From an uncultured Thermococci archaeon (GTDB lineage: Archaea > Methanobacteriota_B > Thermococci > Methanofastidiosales > B48-G16): a stretch of 64,000 bases of DNA. A program made the position numbers and the translations under genes. This document shows positions 28,093 to 37,879 of the stretch, piece by piece. Location of the stretch: NCBI GenBank assembly GCA_964595645.1, contig CAZQQT010000007.1, positions 32,001-96,000 of the forward strand. The letters run 5' to 3'. Position 1 is the first letter of the stretch. Every line of letters starts with the position of its first letter. The notes below the pieces were generated by a model that saw nothing but the letters and a program-made list of their open reading frames with translations, had not been told where the DNA came from and made no database searches.

Positions 28093-28299
28093 ATGTCCAA
28101 GGTCATCAGTTTTAAGGTCCCCGAAGATATGGCAGAGGAGATCGATAAAGAGGTCAAGGAGGGGAATTACCAGTCCCGTGGAGAGTTTTTGAGAGCGCTT
28201 ATTAGGAAACTAGAAAGAAAGAAGCTTTCAGAAAAAGCCAAAAAGGACATAGAAGAGGCCAGGAAACAGGAGGGACGTCCTATAGATGAGCTCCTATAA
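28093..28299 (+). CDS. RHH (CopG/Arc) antitoxin, copy 1
   Basis: VISFKVP...YQSRGEFLRALIR; overlaps the RelE gene. Confidence 0.88.
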   Translation: MSKVISFKVPEDMAEEIDKEVKEGNYQSRGEFLRALIRKLERKKLSEKAKKDIEEARKQEGRPIDELL

Positions 28300-28561
28300 A
28301 ATAACCTACACGAAGAGATTTAAGGAGCGACTGGAGGAGCTTGATAAAACGGTCAAGGGACGAGTATTGAAGAAGATAGAGGAATTCTGCATTCATGTCA
28401 ACAAGTACGGCGTTGATCCGAGACAGCACGGCAGCACCAAATTCATCGCAGATGGAAGGACATGGCGTCTCAGGATAGGGAATTACAGGGTTTTTTTCGA
28501 TATAACTGACGGTGAGATAACGTTCACCACGATTCTCCATAGAGATGTAGCCTACAGGTAA
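28286..28561 (+). CDS. relE: RelE/ParE-family toxin
   Basis: YKITYTKRF, WRLRIGNYRVFF, ILHR. Confidence 0.9.
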   Translation: MSSYKITYTKRFKERLEELDKTVKGRVLKKIEEFCIHVNKYGVDPRQHGSTKFIADGRTWRLRIGNYRVFFDITDGEITFTTILHRDVAYR

Positions 28562-28779
28562 CGAGATCATCCCATTCAATTATCTCCATTTTTTCCGTGT
28601 ATGTTAAAATTTCTATATATCTACACGAGCACAGGTACAAAAACTAACATCTCTATGGTCTAGAAATGGAATATGTACACTAGTTTCTATATAAGATAAA
28701 TTTTTTAGTCACATGACGAAAAGAGTGTATATAAAGCTAAAAAAAACAGTAAGTACATTGCCCCTTCCAATTCTCCTCT

Positions 28780-29205
28780 TCATTTATCGTTCCTATTGCA
28801 CAGTACTGTTCCCTCTTCTAGCGCCCTTGAAATCAATTGATTGTCCGATTTTTTCATCGTTTCAATCTCTTTTTCTGTATATGGAAAAATATCCACAGGG
28901 ATTGGAACGTTGGTGAAGTAATCTAAAAATTTAGGAATTCTATCAAAGAATCGTGTATACTCGCTCTCTGAGTACCAACAGAATGTCTGCATCACTGTAG
29001 AGACCAAAGCTATCGTTTGTTAGTGAACCGAAAAGGATAACGTGAGTAAGGGATGCGTGCTCCTCTATAAGTGTTGAAGCACTTTTTCGAAGTTCCTGGA
29101 GAATGAGTTCCTTATTCCTGTAAATGTTCTCTGCAGAACTCGATGATCTCAGTGGCATATCGTATCGCCTCTTTTGCTTCGTTTTCAGTAAAAAAATCTT
29201 TTTGA
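28780..29205 (-). pseudogene. Frameshifted MNT preceded by a HEPN C-terminal remnant
   Basis: VILFGSL...SDADIL shifts frame near 28965 to RFFDRIP..VDIFPYT; upstream overlapping frame reads DFFTENEAKEAIRYATEIIEFC. Confidence 0.75.
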
Positions 29206-29484
29206 TAAGGATATAAACTTTTTTAAATCCAGAATTATAGGTAACTAGGAACTTTAACACCTTTTTTTAAAATTACATCCATACCGCAAATTAACTAAAA
29301 ATTCATCCTCTTCAGGTAAACCCTACGCAGGTATGACCGTGTGGTCGTTTCTAATCTTCTAAGACGTGTAATTTGCATCGCTATATATTTCACGCTGTTA
29401 AGAAGTCCGTTTTGATCCATTTTAGCTCAAAAGGAGAACTTCAGAAGCTCGCTGAGTGGCAATCGGTGGATGGAGTTATACGTT

Positions 29485-29946
29485 TTATAATTTTACGACG
29501 GTGAGAGAATCTACTTGTCGAAAATCGTCATCAAATGTAGCAATATCCGTTACCCCATGTAATTGACAGGTAGCGGCGATGAGGGCATCGTTGGGGAGGA
29601 GATGGAACTGGTACATCATATCTGTCAATGATTGTATCTCAATTTTCACATCGAGAACACATATATCTAACTCGTTGATCATTGAAATGAATTTGGAGAG
29701 TTCTTTTTCTATCTTATTGTAACCTTCAGCTGAGACATATTTCCTTGCAGAATAAGTGCCTGAAATTCCTTTTTCTTCAAGAATCTCTCTTGTAAGAATG
29801 TACAATGTTTCTTCAATTACATTCATCGAGGTAACGAGAGCGTTTTCATCAGCAATTACCTTTTCCAGAAGCTTTTTTGCATCTTTAGATTTCTCAGATT
29901 GTGTTAAAAAGCTCACAAACACATTGGTATCAATAAATACTTCCAC
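29485..29946 (-). CDS. vapC: VapC/PIN toxin
   Basis: VFIDTNVF, IEET, PNDALI, TFDDDF; GTG start overlaps the antitoxin stop. Confidence 0.9.
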   Translation of the reverse strand: MEVFIDTNVFVSFLTQSEKSKDAKKLLEKVIADENALVTSMNVIEETLYILTREILEEKGISGTYSARKYVSAEGYNKIEKELSKFISMINELDICVLDVKIEIQSLTDMMYQFHLLPNDALIAATCQLHGVTDIATFDDDFRQVDSLTVVKL

Positions 29947-30140
29947 TATCTCACCATGCTCTCTGTCCGCAGCGTTTCTATCTTCTCCTGATCGAGTGAG
30001 AGAGGTATCGACTGATAGTACTTTAACAACACCTTCTTTTGGTCTACTATCCTTATTTTTCCCTTCGATCCTTCTTTTAGGTCCACCTTCCTCACTGGTT
30101 TGAACACCCCATCCTCGTAGATGACCTCTATCTCTTCCAT
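29946..30140 (-). CDS. AF2212/DUF104-family antitoxin
   Basis: IEVIYEDGVFKPVRKVDLKEG. Confidence 0.9.
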   Translation of the reverse strand: MEEIEVIYEDGVFKPVRKVDLKEGSKGKIRIVDQKKVLLKYYQSIPLSLDQEKIETLRTESMVR

Positions 30141-30261
30141 GCACTCTCTTATTTCGGATGAATAAAAAGGTTTTGTAGATTTTATTCATACGGCGTGTCG
30201 CCGTATAATCTGGCGTAGTGCAGATGGTTACTCTTTCTCGTATCTCCCTTCCCATCTTCTA

Positions 30262-30349
30262 TCTTTATAAATTTTTTCATCATGTAACGAAAACTTTATA
30301 AATGAAGACTTGCATAATAAGTATATGAAACAAAAAATATTGTTTCGTA
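30262..30349. repeat. Promoter module copy 2 (88 bp, includes the first codons MKQK)
   Basis: About 78/88 identical to 42096-42183 by eye. Confidence 0.9.
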
Positions 30350-30699
30350 ATAAAAAATATTGTCTTTTAGTGATCTGTCTCCTGCTTCTCCCAGTGGTGG
30401 GAGCAGAGGATGAGGTAGAGATAGAGACATTCTTCCTCTACCCGAACGGTGATGTCGTCAAACAGGAGGTGCCGACAGAGTCGTATACGGTCGATTTCAC
30501 CGAGAGTGATCTCGCACTCTGCAACGATCTTCTCCTCATGCTGGAGGAGACGTTACCGGATCAGCTGACGGCGAGACACATGCAGATGCTCGATCTGGCC
30601 CAGGAACACATCAACAGGGCAAACACTGCTGGAACTGGCGGAGACCTGGAGGAGGCGGTGACCCTCCTGAAAACGGTGTACTTTGAGGTTGCAGGGTGA
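30325..30699 (+). CDS. Secreted hypothetical protein
   Basis: Signal peptide (LLVICLLLLPVVGA/EDE) and an acidic mature part. Confidence 0.7.
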   Translation: MKQKILFRNKKYCLLVICLLLLPVVGAEDEVEIETFFLYPNGDVVKQEVPTESYTVDFTESDLALCNDLLLMLEETLPDQLTARHMQMLDLAQEHINRANTAGTGGDLEEAVTLLKTVYFEVAG

Positions 30700-30703
30700 G
30701 TTA

Positions 30704-31039
30704 ATGAGTATCGGCGATCTTATCAACGACGTGCTCGGCAGTGTCATCGGACGAAAATATACCACCTCCAAAGGAGAACAACGATTACAGGAACAGATCA
30801 GCGACCTCCGGCAGGAATACCGAGCCTCGTTGCTCGCGTTTGTGAAAAATCACTGGAACGAGTTCTCCCCCGAGGAACAGCGCTACTTCAAGGAAACCGT
30901 CGCGCGGGCGCACAGAAAAAAAAAGGAGAAAAACGAGTTTATCGAGGGGATGAAGTGGATCGGTGGGGTGATCGTCGTGTTGACTCTCGGGTTTTTCTTC
31001 TTCTTTTCGATGATGATGGTCGTGATGGCGGTCACATAA
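30704..31039 (+). CDS. Tail-anchored hypothetical protein, paralog of 42697
   Basis: DLINDV..IGR...SKGEQR; C-terminal TM helix. Confidence 0.7.
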   Translation: MSIGDLINDVLGSVIGRKYTTSKGEQRLQEQISDLRQEYRASLLAFVKNHWNEFSPEEQRYFKETVARAHRKKKEKNEFIEGMKWIGGVIVVLTLGFFFFFSMMMVVMAVT

Positions 31040-31061
31040 CATCTACCACAGAGGTGATACC

Positions 31062-31292
31062 ATGTGGACATACGATCTACCCAACGGTGAAGGATACATC
31101 GAACTCTCGTCATTCAGGGAGTGGAACGCGCTCTGGAAGGAGGTGACTGAGCTCTATCTTCTCGGCGACTTCGGCGTGTCGGAAGGAGTCATGACCGAAG
31201 AGCAAGTAGAGGAGATGATCGTGCAGAACCTCCGCAAAAAATATCAGGTGAAATCCTATACCGACGATCAATCGGAAGATCGTGAGGGGTAA
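31062..31292 (+). CDS. Small hypothetical protein
   Basis: GAGGTGA RBS and an intact ORF. Confidence 0.6.
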   Translation: MWTYDLPNGEGYIELSSFREWNALWKEVTELYLLGDFGVSEGVMTEEQVEEMIVQNLRKKYQVKSYTDDQSEDREG

Positions 31293-31422
31293 TGTAGTGT
31301 GAACATTCCTTTCGGCACGATCAGTAGATGAAAGAAGGTTACATCCTTAGATTCTTTCCAAAGATGGTACGCATCGTGCACAGCTTGAAGCTTTTTTATA
31401 CTATCGTAAACGCTATAACACC

Positions 31423-31629
31423 ATGTCCAAGGTCATCAGTTTTAAGGTCCCCGAAGATATGGCAGAGGAGATCGATAAAGAGGTCAAGGAGGGGAATTAC
31501 CAGTCCCGTGGAGAGTTTTTGAGAGCGCTTATTAGGAAACTAGAAAGAAAGAAGCTTTCAGAAAAAGCCAAAAAGGACATAGAAGAGGCCAGGAAACAGG
31601 AGGGACGTCCTATAGATGAGCTCCTATGA
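31423..31629 (+). CDS. RHH antitoxin, copy 2; toxin partner truncated
   Basis: Identical to 28093-28299 except for the stop codon; followed by MSSYEVYL and then sequence lacking RelE motifs. Confidence 0.85.
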   Translation: MSKVISFKVPEDMAEEIDKEVKEGNYQSRGEFLRALIRKLERKKLSEKAKKDIEEARKQEGRPIDELL

Positions 31630-31757
31630 AGTATATCTGTATCAAGAGGATACGGACAAGTACCTCTCCAGATCCATGAGTAACGAAGAACCCTGTCATT
31701 TTCTTTCCTTCAAACAGCAGCCCTGTATATCCCCTCTTGTGAACTCAATAGTGCAGA

Positions 31758-32969
31758 TTAATCTTTTAATTCCTTTTCAAGCAAGGGATGCAAAACTAAC
31801 GTAGAAAACACAAGTAGTACCGAGAATGTTATCCATACCAACCGATATCCTCCAGTATGTTCAATTACATATCCTCCCAAAAGTGAGGATAAAAATCCGC
31901 CGGACATGGCAACAGAATTGACAAACCCAATTGCCAGTCCTCTTGAACTCTGTTTTACTAATCTTGACACGACTGACAATAACGGTCCAAATGCCATAAA
32001 AGAGCCCCAACGGGAAAGAATTATAACAAAAAGAATAAAAAGAAAGTATTTACTATCTTCTAACCACGCAAAAGCGCCTGTACTTACAGATATCATCGTT
32101 CCTATTATGCTTAAATACACAATATTTTGTGTCTTGCCATCCATATAATTACTAAATACATACCCACCAAAAAGTGAACTAGGAATACCAGCCAGAGCAA
32201 ATACCATGGATCCTAACCCAACCATTATTGGGCTGAGCATACACCCCTCTTCCAGCCATGGCGTAAGCCATGTCATAGTTCCTCCAATTTGAAATAATGC
32301 GATAAACAATATCGCGGATAGTAATAGAATGGAAGGAGTTAGTACAATGTCTTTTTTGTTCATGACCGAAAAACCGGCAATATAGTTTTCTTCTCGAGAA
32401 TTGTTACTAAAAATATAAAAAAGAGTTAGTACTATAAATCCTAAAATAGCATAGAGTCTAAGCAGGGATCTCCATGGATATATCCCAATGAGAATTGGTG
32501 TAATTAACAGTACGATCCCAGATCCAAGAGTTAACGACGCCAATTGCATACTTACACCTAATGATTCTTTTTTTGAAGGGAGCCAAGAGAGTATATACAC
32601 GATACAAGGGGATGTCATTGAGGCTGCGCTGATCCCGATCACGGCCCTCGTAGCTAACATGATATTAAAGTTAGAAGTATATGTAAAAATAAAAGAGGAT
32701 ATACAGGCAATCAGCAACCCCCCTGTCATGACTTTTTTGGATCCAACCATATCACTTAATATGCCTGTAAACACGTTGCTGACACAATAAAAAGCTGTAT
32801 AAACCGTCATCAATAAACCTGCTTGGAAATGATTTATACCGGTATCTCTAATTAATGACAGTATTATTGGAGGTATCGAAAAAATATTTATATAAAGAAC
32901 TATTACAGATACGCAAGTAATAGATACTGTAATCCATGGGGACTGAGACTGAAATTTTCTTGATATCAT
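31758..32969 (-). CDS. MFS transporter
   Basis: About 12 TM; motif A GILSDMVGSKK. Confidence 0.92.
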   Translation of the reverse strand: MISRKFQSQSPWITVSITCVSVIVLYINIFSIPPIILSLIRDTGINHFQAGLLMTVYTAFYCVSNVFTGILSDMVGSKKVMTGGLLIACISSFIFTYTSNFNIMLATRAVIGISAASMTSPCIVYILSWLPSKKESLGVSMQLASLTLGSGIVLLITPILIGIYPWRSLLRLYAILGFIVLTLFYIFSNNSREENYIAGFSVMNKKDIVLTPSILLLSAILFIALFQIGGTMTWLTPWLEEGCMLSPIMVGLGSMVFALAGIPSSLFGGYVFSNYMDGKTQNIVYLSIIGTMISVSTGAFAWLEDSKYFLFILFVIILSRWGSFMAFGPLLSVVSRLVKQSSRGLAIGFVNSVAMSGGFLSSLLGGYVIEHTGGYRLVWITFSVLLVFSTLVLHPLLEKELKD

Positions 32970-32989
32970 ATATTCGTGAGGATGGAACG

Positions 32990-34864
32990 TTATCTGTTAG
33001 GACTCTTTCCCACCAATTGCTTAGCTATATCGTTTAATCCAAGATTATCCAATGTTTGTTTTGTAGGTAATCCTCCCGTGTCCCATCCATGAAGAGCGTA
33101 ATATCGATCCAACATCTTATCCCACTCGTCTAGATCAATACTATATTTTCCATCTAAGGATGTACTTACAAACCTTTCTGGAGGGAGATCTTCTTCTCTG
33201 CCCCAATCTGTATGCAAGACGTTAAACGCCTTCTCAACATTTTGGGTTCTCTCGCCTATACGCAAGACATCATGCCAATCAATAGATTTTCCAGTAGCAG
33301 TAGAAAACAAAAGAGCGTAATCCTCTGGAACTAACATGTCCACTCTCAAACTGTTGGTAAACATACATATTCCTACACAGTCCAGAAACGCTTCTAACCG
33401 CTCGAAGAAATATACCATTCTTTCTTTATTTTTGTATTGGCTTATTCCCCCTACCGAAGGAACACCAAAGTACCGTTTGCATATCTCACCATCAAGGTCA
33501 ACTAACCTATTTTCAATTACCGCCCCCCTCGTATGCCCACCTCCTCTTGGGGATACCATGGTACCAAGGGCCCATGAAGGAGATTGCCATAGACACTCAA
33601 AGAGCTCTTGTCCTTTGACATGGATGCAGTACTTTTCTGTTCCTCTTTTGATTTTTGCTGAGGCTCTCTTGCATCCTTCTGCCAAGAGATCACCAAACCC
33701 CTCTCTAAAAGCAATTTTTCTTAAGAGCTCGAAAACAGCCTCAGAGTTCCCCCACTTCAAAGTCAGTCCGTCTGTATCATCTTTTGTCAATAACTCCTTT
33801 TCGTAGCATTCCATTGCCCAGGCTATAACACCGCTAGCATTGTCAACATCAAGACCGAGATCATTGCAAAGTGCATGAGCTTTGAGAACTGTTTTAGCAT
33901 CGGCTAAATCCAATTTGGCACCAAAATTATGGGGATCATTTCCCTGTAAAGCTTCTATATGAACTAATTTACCATCCTCTTTAAACTCATGAATTGTCCA
34001 GCATTTTATCGGACAAGAGGAACAACTCTTTTGATCTACCTTATACTTCAAGAAAACATCCGGCATTAACTGTTCTTTGTTTTCAGGAGGTGGAATTTCA
34101 CCAGAAAAATTTCTATAAGGACTTTCAATATTCCAGGGGGGGTAACAAAAAACGCCATATCTCATTCTCAGCTTGTTGAACTTGTTATTTCTCAACTTCT
34201 CCTTTAGAGTTTCAGCAACTTTCTGAAATTTCTCAGGATCATAGATGTCTATACTCTTGTTACCCTTTACAGCTACAGCCTTAAGGTTTTTTGATCCCAT
34301 TATTGCTCCCAATCCGCATCTTCCAGCTGCCCGTGCTCCATCAATAATGACACAGGAAGATCTCACGAGATTTTCTCCTGCAGGACCTATAGATAAAACT
34401 TTAACATCTTTGTGCCTTTCTTTGAGGATTTTATCTGTTTCGGTGGTAGTCTTTCCTTCAAGATCGTTAGCGTCGATTATTTCAACATCCTCATTGTCGA
34501 TTAATATATACGAAAGATCTGGACATCTACCCCTTACGATTATGTTATTTACTCCTGCAAAGCGCATCTCTGAGGCAAAGTGTCCTCCGGCATTGCTTGA
34601 GCCTATTCCCCCTGTAAGAGTATTCTTAGAGTCTATACTAAGCCGAGATGCACCTGGCGCTTCCGTCCCACAAAGTATACCTGCTCCCAAAGCAAGGATA
34701 TTTTCGGGATCAAAAGGAGAGATACCTACGGGCAACTCATGGAAGAGAATATATTGATTGACACCCCTACCACCAATAAATTCTCTATATTTAGAGAAAT
34801 CTTCGTAAGAAACTTTAAAATTTGACAAGTCAATGTGCAGGATTTTACCCTCTAGGATTTTCAT
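32990..34864 (-). CDS. aor: Tungsten aldehyde:ferredoxin oxidoreductase family protein
   Basis: IGGRG, IGPAGENL, GRCGLGAIMGSKNLKA, CSSCPIKC, LGLD, YYALHGWD; alternative start 34894. Confidence 0.93.
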   Translation of the reverse strand: MKILEGKILHIDLSNFKVSYEDFSKYREFIGGRGVNQYILFHELPVGISPFDPENILALGAGILCGTEAPGASRLSIDSKNTLTGGIGSSNAGGHFASEMRFAGVNNIIVRGRCPDLSYILIDNEDVEIIDANDLEGKTTTETDKILKERHKDVKVLSIGPAGENLVRSSCVIIDGARAAGRCGLGAIMGSKNLKAVAVKGNKSIDIYDPEKFQKVAETLKEKLRNNKFNKLRMRYGVFCYPPWNIESPYRNFSGEIPPPENKEQLMPDVFLKYKVDQKSCSSCPIKCWTIHEFKEDGKLVHIEALQGNDPHNFGAKLDLADAKTVLKAHALCNDLGLDVDNASGVIAWAMECYEKELLTKDDTDGLTLKWGNSEAVFELLRKIAFREGFGDLLAEGCKRASAKIKRGTEKYCIHVKGQELFECLWQSPSWALGTMVSPRGGGHTRGAVIENRLVDLDGEICKRYFGVPSVGGISQYKNKERMVYFFERLEAFLDCVGICMFTNSLRVDMLVPEDYALLFSTATGKSIDWHDVLRIGERTQNVEKAFNVLHTDWGREEDLPPERFVSTSLDGKYSIDLDEWDKMLDRYYALHGWDTGGLPTKQTLDNLGLNDIAKQLVGKSPNR

Positions 34865-34880
34865 TTTGGACACCAATACA

Positions 34881-35636
34881 CTATTTATTTTCAATGTCTA
34901 TATCAGGAAATATAGTCTTTTTTAACTTTTTATAATCTGTTTTTGGAAACGAAACACGACTTTGTTTTAATCCAAGCGAAACAAATAGCTCAGCGACCTT
35001 TATTGATACTCTTGCAGGATTAATTATTGGAATATCCACCCCATTTTTGACCATATCGTCAATCGGTAGAAAGGCCAGTGACATACACCCTAACACAATG
35101 CTTGAAGCTTTATTATTTTCTACAATCTTTTTTGCTTCTTCTAAAAATACTTCGGCGACCTTTTTTTTGCTTTTATTAATTTCTAGAACTGGAACATTAA
35201 TTACCTCTATAGAAGCACATTTATGATCCATATCATATTCCCTTAGAATCCTCCAAGTACTTGGAACTATTGAATCGAGCACTGTAACTATAGAGAATTT
35301 CTCCCCCACCATTGACGCAACAGAGATAGACGACTCAAGTGGTCCAATTATGGGGATATTAGCAAATTCTTTGGCTGGAGTTAGTCCAGCATCTGCTGCA
35401 CAGCCGATAATTGCTACGTCGTATTTGTTTTGAACTTCAGCAAGTTTCTTTAATGTACCTCCAATGCTTATGTACTCTTCAACTGAAGATTCAATAGACG
35501 CCGGCCCTTCATCGATATCTTCTACAATTACCTTGTTTTTATCACTTATAAGAAATGAGTTTGCGAGCTTTTCTCTCCTTTTTTTTTCTTCTTCCGCTAA
35601 CCCTACAGCTGGAAGTATGTACAAAACTCTTGCCAT
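34881..35636 (-). CDS. Asp/Glu/hydantoin racemase family protein
   Basis: GPASIES, IIGCAAD, VLGCMS (two catalytic Cys). Confidence 0.9.
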   Translation of the reverse strand: MARVLYILPAVGLAEEEKKRREKLANSFLISDKNKVIVEDIDEGPASIESSVEEYISIGGTLKKLAEVQNKYDVAIIGCAADAGLTPAKEFANIPIIGPLESSISVASMVGEKFSIVTVLDSIVPSTWRILREYDMDHKCASIEVINVPVLEINKSKKKVAEVFLEEAKKIVENNKASSIVLGCMSLAFLPIDDMVKNGVDIPIINPARVSIKVAELFVSLGLKQSRVSFPKTDYKKLKKTIFPDIDIENK

Positions 35637-35683
35637 ACTATCTCAAGTCCCTATTCATTATTAATTCTTTCTCTGATTTCTTC

Positions 35684-36886
35684 CTACTTCCACACTTTTT
35701 TAAGCACCCTCAATGTGTTTCCTCCGATCACTTTCTCAATCTCTTCATCTGAGTAGCCGTGCTTTACCAGCCATCTAATAATATTCCACGAAGCTTCTGT
35801 GGGATTTTCCAGTCCTTTAACATACTCTACCTCTTCATGTGTGCTGAATGCCTGTTTTATTGACAAATATGCTGCAAACACATGGTGCAACTCTACATGA
35901 TCTCCATACAATGTATCTGGACCGAATCCAACATGATCAATCCCCACAAGATCTTTGATATATTCGAAGTGTTCCATAAAAGATTCTATACCGTGTTCTG
36001 GATGCTTTTTAGTAATTGTGGTGTGTGGAGCAGCTTCGACTCCTATAACACCGCCTTTTTCTGTACAGGCTTGGAATATCTCATCAGGTTTGAGTCGTTT
36101 AACATCCCATAACTCTCTTGAACCTGTGTGAGTGATAAATATTGGCTCTTTACTAGCTTCAATTGCATCCAAGGATGTGTCATCACCACAATGCGACACA
36201 TCAATCGCCATCCCTATTTTATTCATTCTCTCTACTGCATCATGTCCAAAGTACGTCAATCCGCCATCCTTTTTTTCTTTCAGTCCTGAGCCAAGAGCAT
36301 TTGACTCACTATAAACAAGACCCATCATTCTCACGCCAAAACCGTAGAGTATATCAATTCTGTCCACTTCATTTTCTATCATGGCGCTACCCTCTAAGGT
36401 AGGCACAAGTGCGATTCTCCCCTCATCATGTGCCCTTACGATATCGTCCACGCTTTCGCATCGTATCACAAAGTCCTGATGTGCCAAATCACAGATTCGC
36501 ATTCCCAGGTCATGCAATACATCGTTCCACTTCCATCCTCCCTTAGAATGTATGGTACAGGTCCCATCCATTAGGTTGTCGAAGACAGCGTCCAAACAAG
36601 AATGACTTAGTTCTTCGTATGCGGCAAAATGTCGCCCCTCCCTGTTGTACTCAAACATCTTGCTCATGTCCTCTAACCACAGCACAGGATGGTCATGGAG
36701 AGAGATGACAATGTACTTCTCAGCTATTTCTTTTACTGTTTCCTCCTCGCTATCCGATAATGGAACTTCGTATCGCCACTCTTTTTTTTCTTTCGCCAGC
36801 TCAAATCCCTTGTAGTCCTTTCCTTCTTCCAGATACTGATAGGCTTTATACCCAGAATATTTTTTATTTATCCCCATATTTTCCAT
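35684..36886 (-). CDS. Membrane dipeptidase family (M19), cytoplasmic
   Basis: SLHDH, TLEG, GGLTYFG, IDVSH, THTG, HVGFGPD, GGNTLRV. Confidence 0.92.
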   Translation of the reverse strand: MENMGINKKYSGYKAYQYLEEGKDYKGFELAKEKKEWRYEVPLSDSEEETVKEIAEKYIVISLHDHPVLWLEDMSKMFEYNREGRHFAAYEELSHSCLDAVFDNLMDGTCTIHSKGGWKWNDVLHDLGMRICDLAHQDFVIRCESVDDIVRAHDEGRIALVPTLEGSAMIENEVDRIDILYGFGVRMMGLVYSESNALGSGLKEKKDGGLTYFGHDAVERMNKIGMAIDVSHCGDDTSLDAIEASKEPIFITHTGSRELWDVKRLKPDEIFQACTEKGGVIGVEAAPHTTITKKHPEHGIESFMEHFEYIKDLVGIDHVGFGPDTLYGDHVELHHVFAAYLSIKQAFSTHEEVEYVKGLENPTEASWNIIRWLVKHGYSDEEIEKVIGGNTLRVLKKVWK

Positions 36887-36889
36887 CTC

Positions 36890-37870
36890 CTAACTCAATA
36901 CAACTTCAATTCTTTCTTTTTCGAGAAATTTTGTTCCAAATTCCTCTGAAAGTTCTTTTATTTCGCAAACTACATTTTTTAAATCTCTTTCTTTGGGCAA
37001 AGTCGGTTCAAATACCCCTTTATCGGATTTAGTAATGTAGATAGGATGAGCATACACTTTCTCTAAACCATTCTTAGAAAGTATTGTCTCAATAATTAGA
37101 GTATTCTGAGGATATGAAAACATTGTATCGAACAGAATATTGCCCAAACTATAACATACTAATTTTCCCTTATAGATCTCAATTCCTTGCAGACAATGCG
37201 GATGATGGCCCAGTACTACATCAGCTCCTGCTTTGATCGTATCATGAGCCAGTGCTTTCTGGTGGGGTGCTACCGTTCTACTCAGATCAACTCCCCAATG
37301 AAATGAAACAACCACCACATCCGCCTTTTCCTTAGTATTTTTTACATCTTCTTTCATTATCTGTAGATCCCCTTTGTCTATATGCGGCGTCTCTAGTAAA
37401 GGAGAAACATTGATTTTTGCTACTCCGGGTATTCTTTCTTTTGCCTCTGCACCGAAAGACCAAATGGTGCATTCATAAGCCAAAAAAGCTATTTTTAATC
37501 CTTCTTTTTTTATTATTTTAGGTTCGTGGGACTCTTTAAAATTACGACCCCCACCTACATGCTGTATTTGTTTTTCTTCCAGTATGTTCATAGTGTCTAT
37601 CAAGCCTTCGGGACCATAATCTGTGGTGTGGTTATTTGCAAGAGATACAATATCCATTCCTGCTTCTACTACACCTTCCACCATAGAGGGAGGAGTTTTA
37701 ATGGGTACCAATCTCCCTAAAGAAGCAGAGTCTCTAGTAGTTAGTGGTGTTTCTAGATTACCAAATACCACATCTGCCTCTTCTAGTAGCGGTGTGATCT
37801 TGCTAAACGCCGCTTTGGGATCATCTCTCTTCAGATACACATCTCCTATCGACATTAAGGAAACATTCAT
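36890..37870 (-). CDS. CapA/PgsA-family metallophosphoesterase-like protein
   Basis: GDV, GNLE, LANNH, HWG, GHHPH, YSLGN; no signal peptide. Confidence 0.92.
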   Translation of the reverse strand: MNVSLMSIGDVYLKRDDPKAAFSKITPLLEEADVVFGNLETPLTTRDSASLGRLVPIKTPPSMVEGVVEAGMDIVSLANNHTTDYGPEGLIDTMNILEEKQIQHVGGGRNFKESHEPKIIKKEGLKIAFLAYECTIWSFGAEAKERIPGVAKINVSPLLETPHIDKGDLQIMKEDVKNTKEKADVVVVSFHWGVDLSRTVAPHQKALAHDTIKAGADVVLGHHPHCLQGIEIYKGKLVCYSLGNILFDTMFSYPQNTLIIETILSKNGLEKVYAHPIYITKSDKGVFEPTLPKERDLKNVVCEIKELSEEFGTKFLEKERIEVVLS

Positions 37871-37879
37871 TTTTTCACC

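Noticed and set aside
29947-30255. N-terminal extension of the PIN ORF in the track; likewise the extensions to 25034 and 15764
   Set aside because: They overlap the antitoxin, promoter or queC; downstream starts fit the family lengths and translational coupling
36890-37870. Poly-gamma-glutamate capsule synthesis
   Set aside because: capB and capC are absent and this CapA has no membrane anchor
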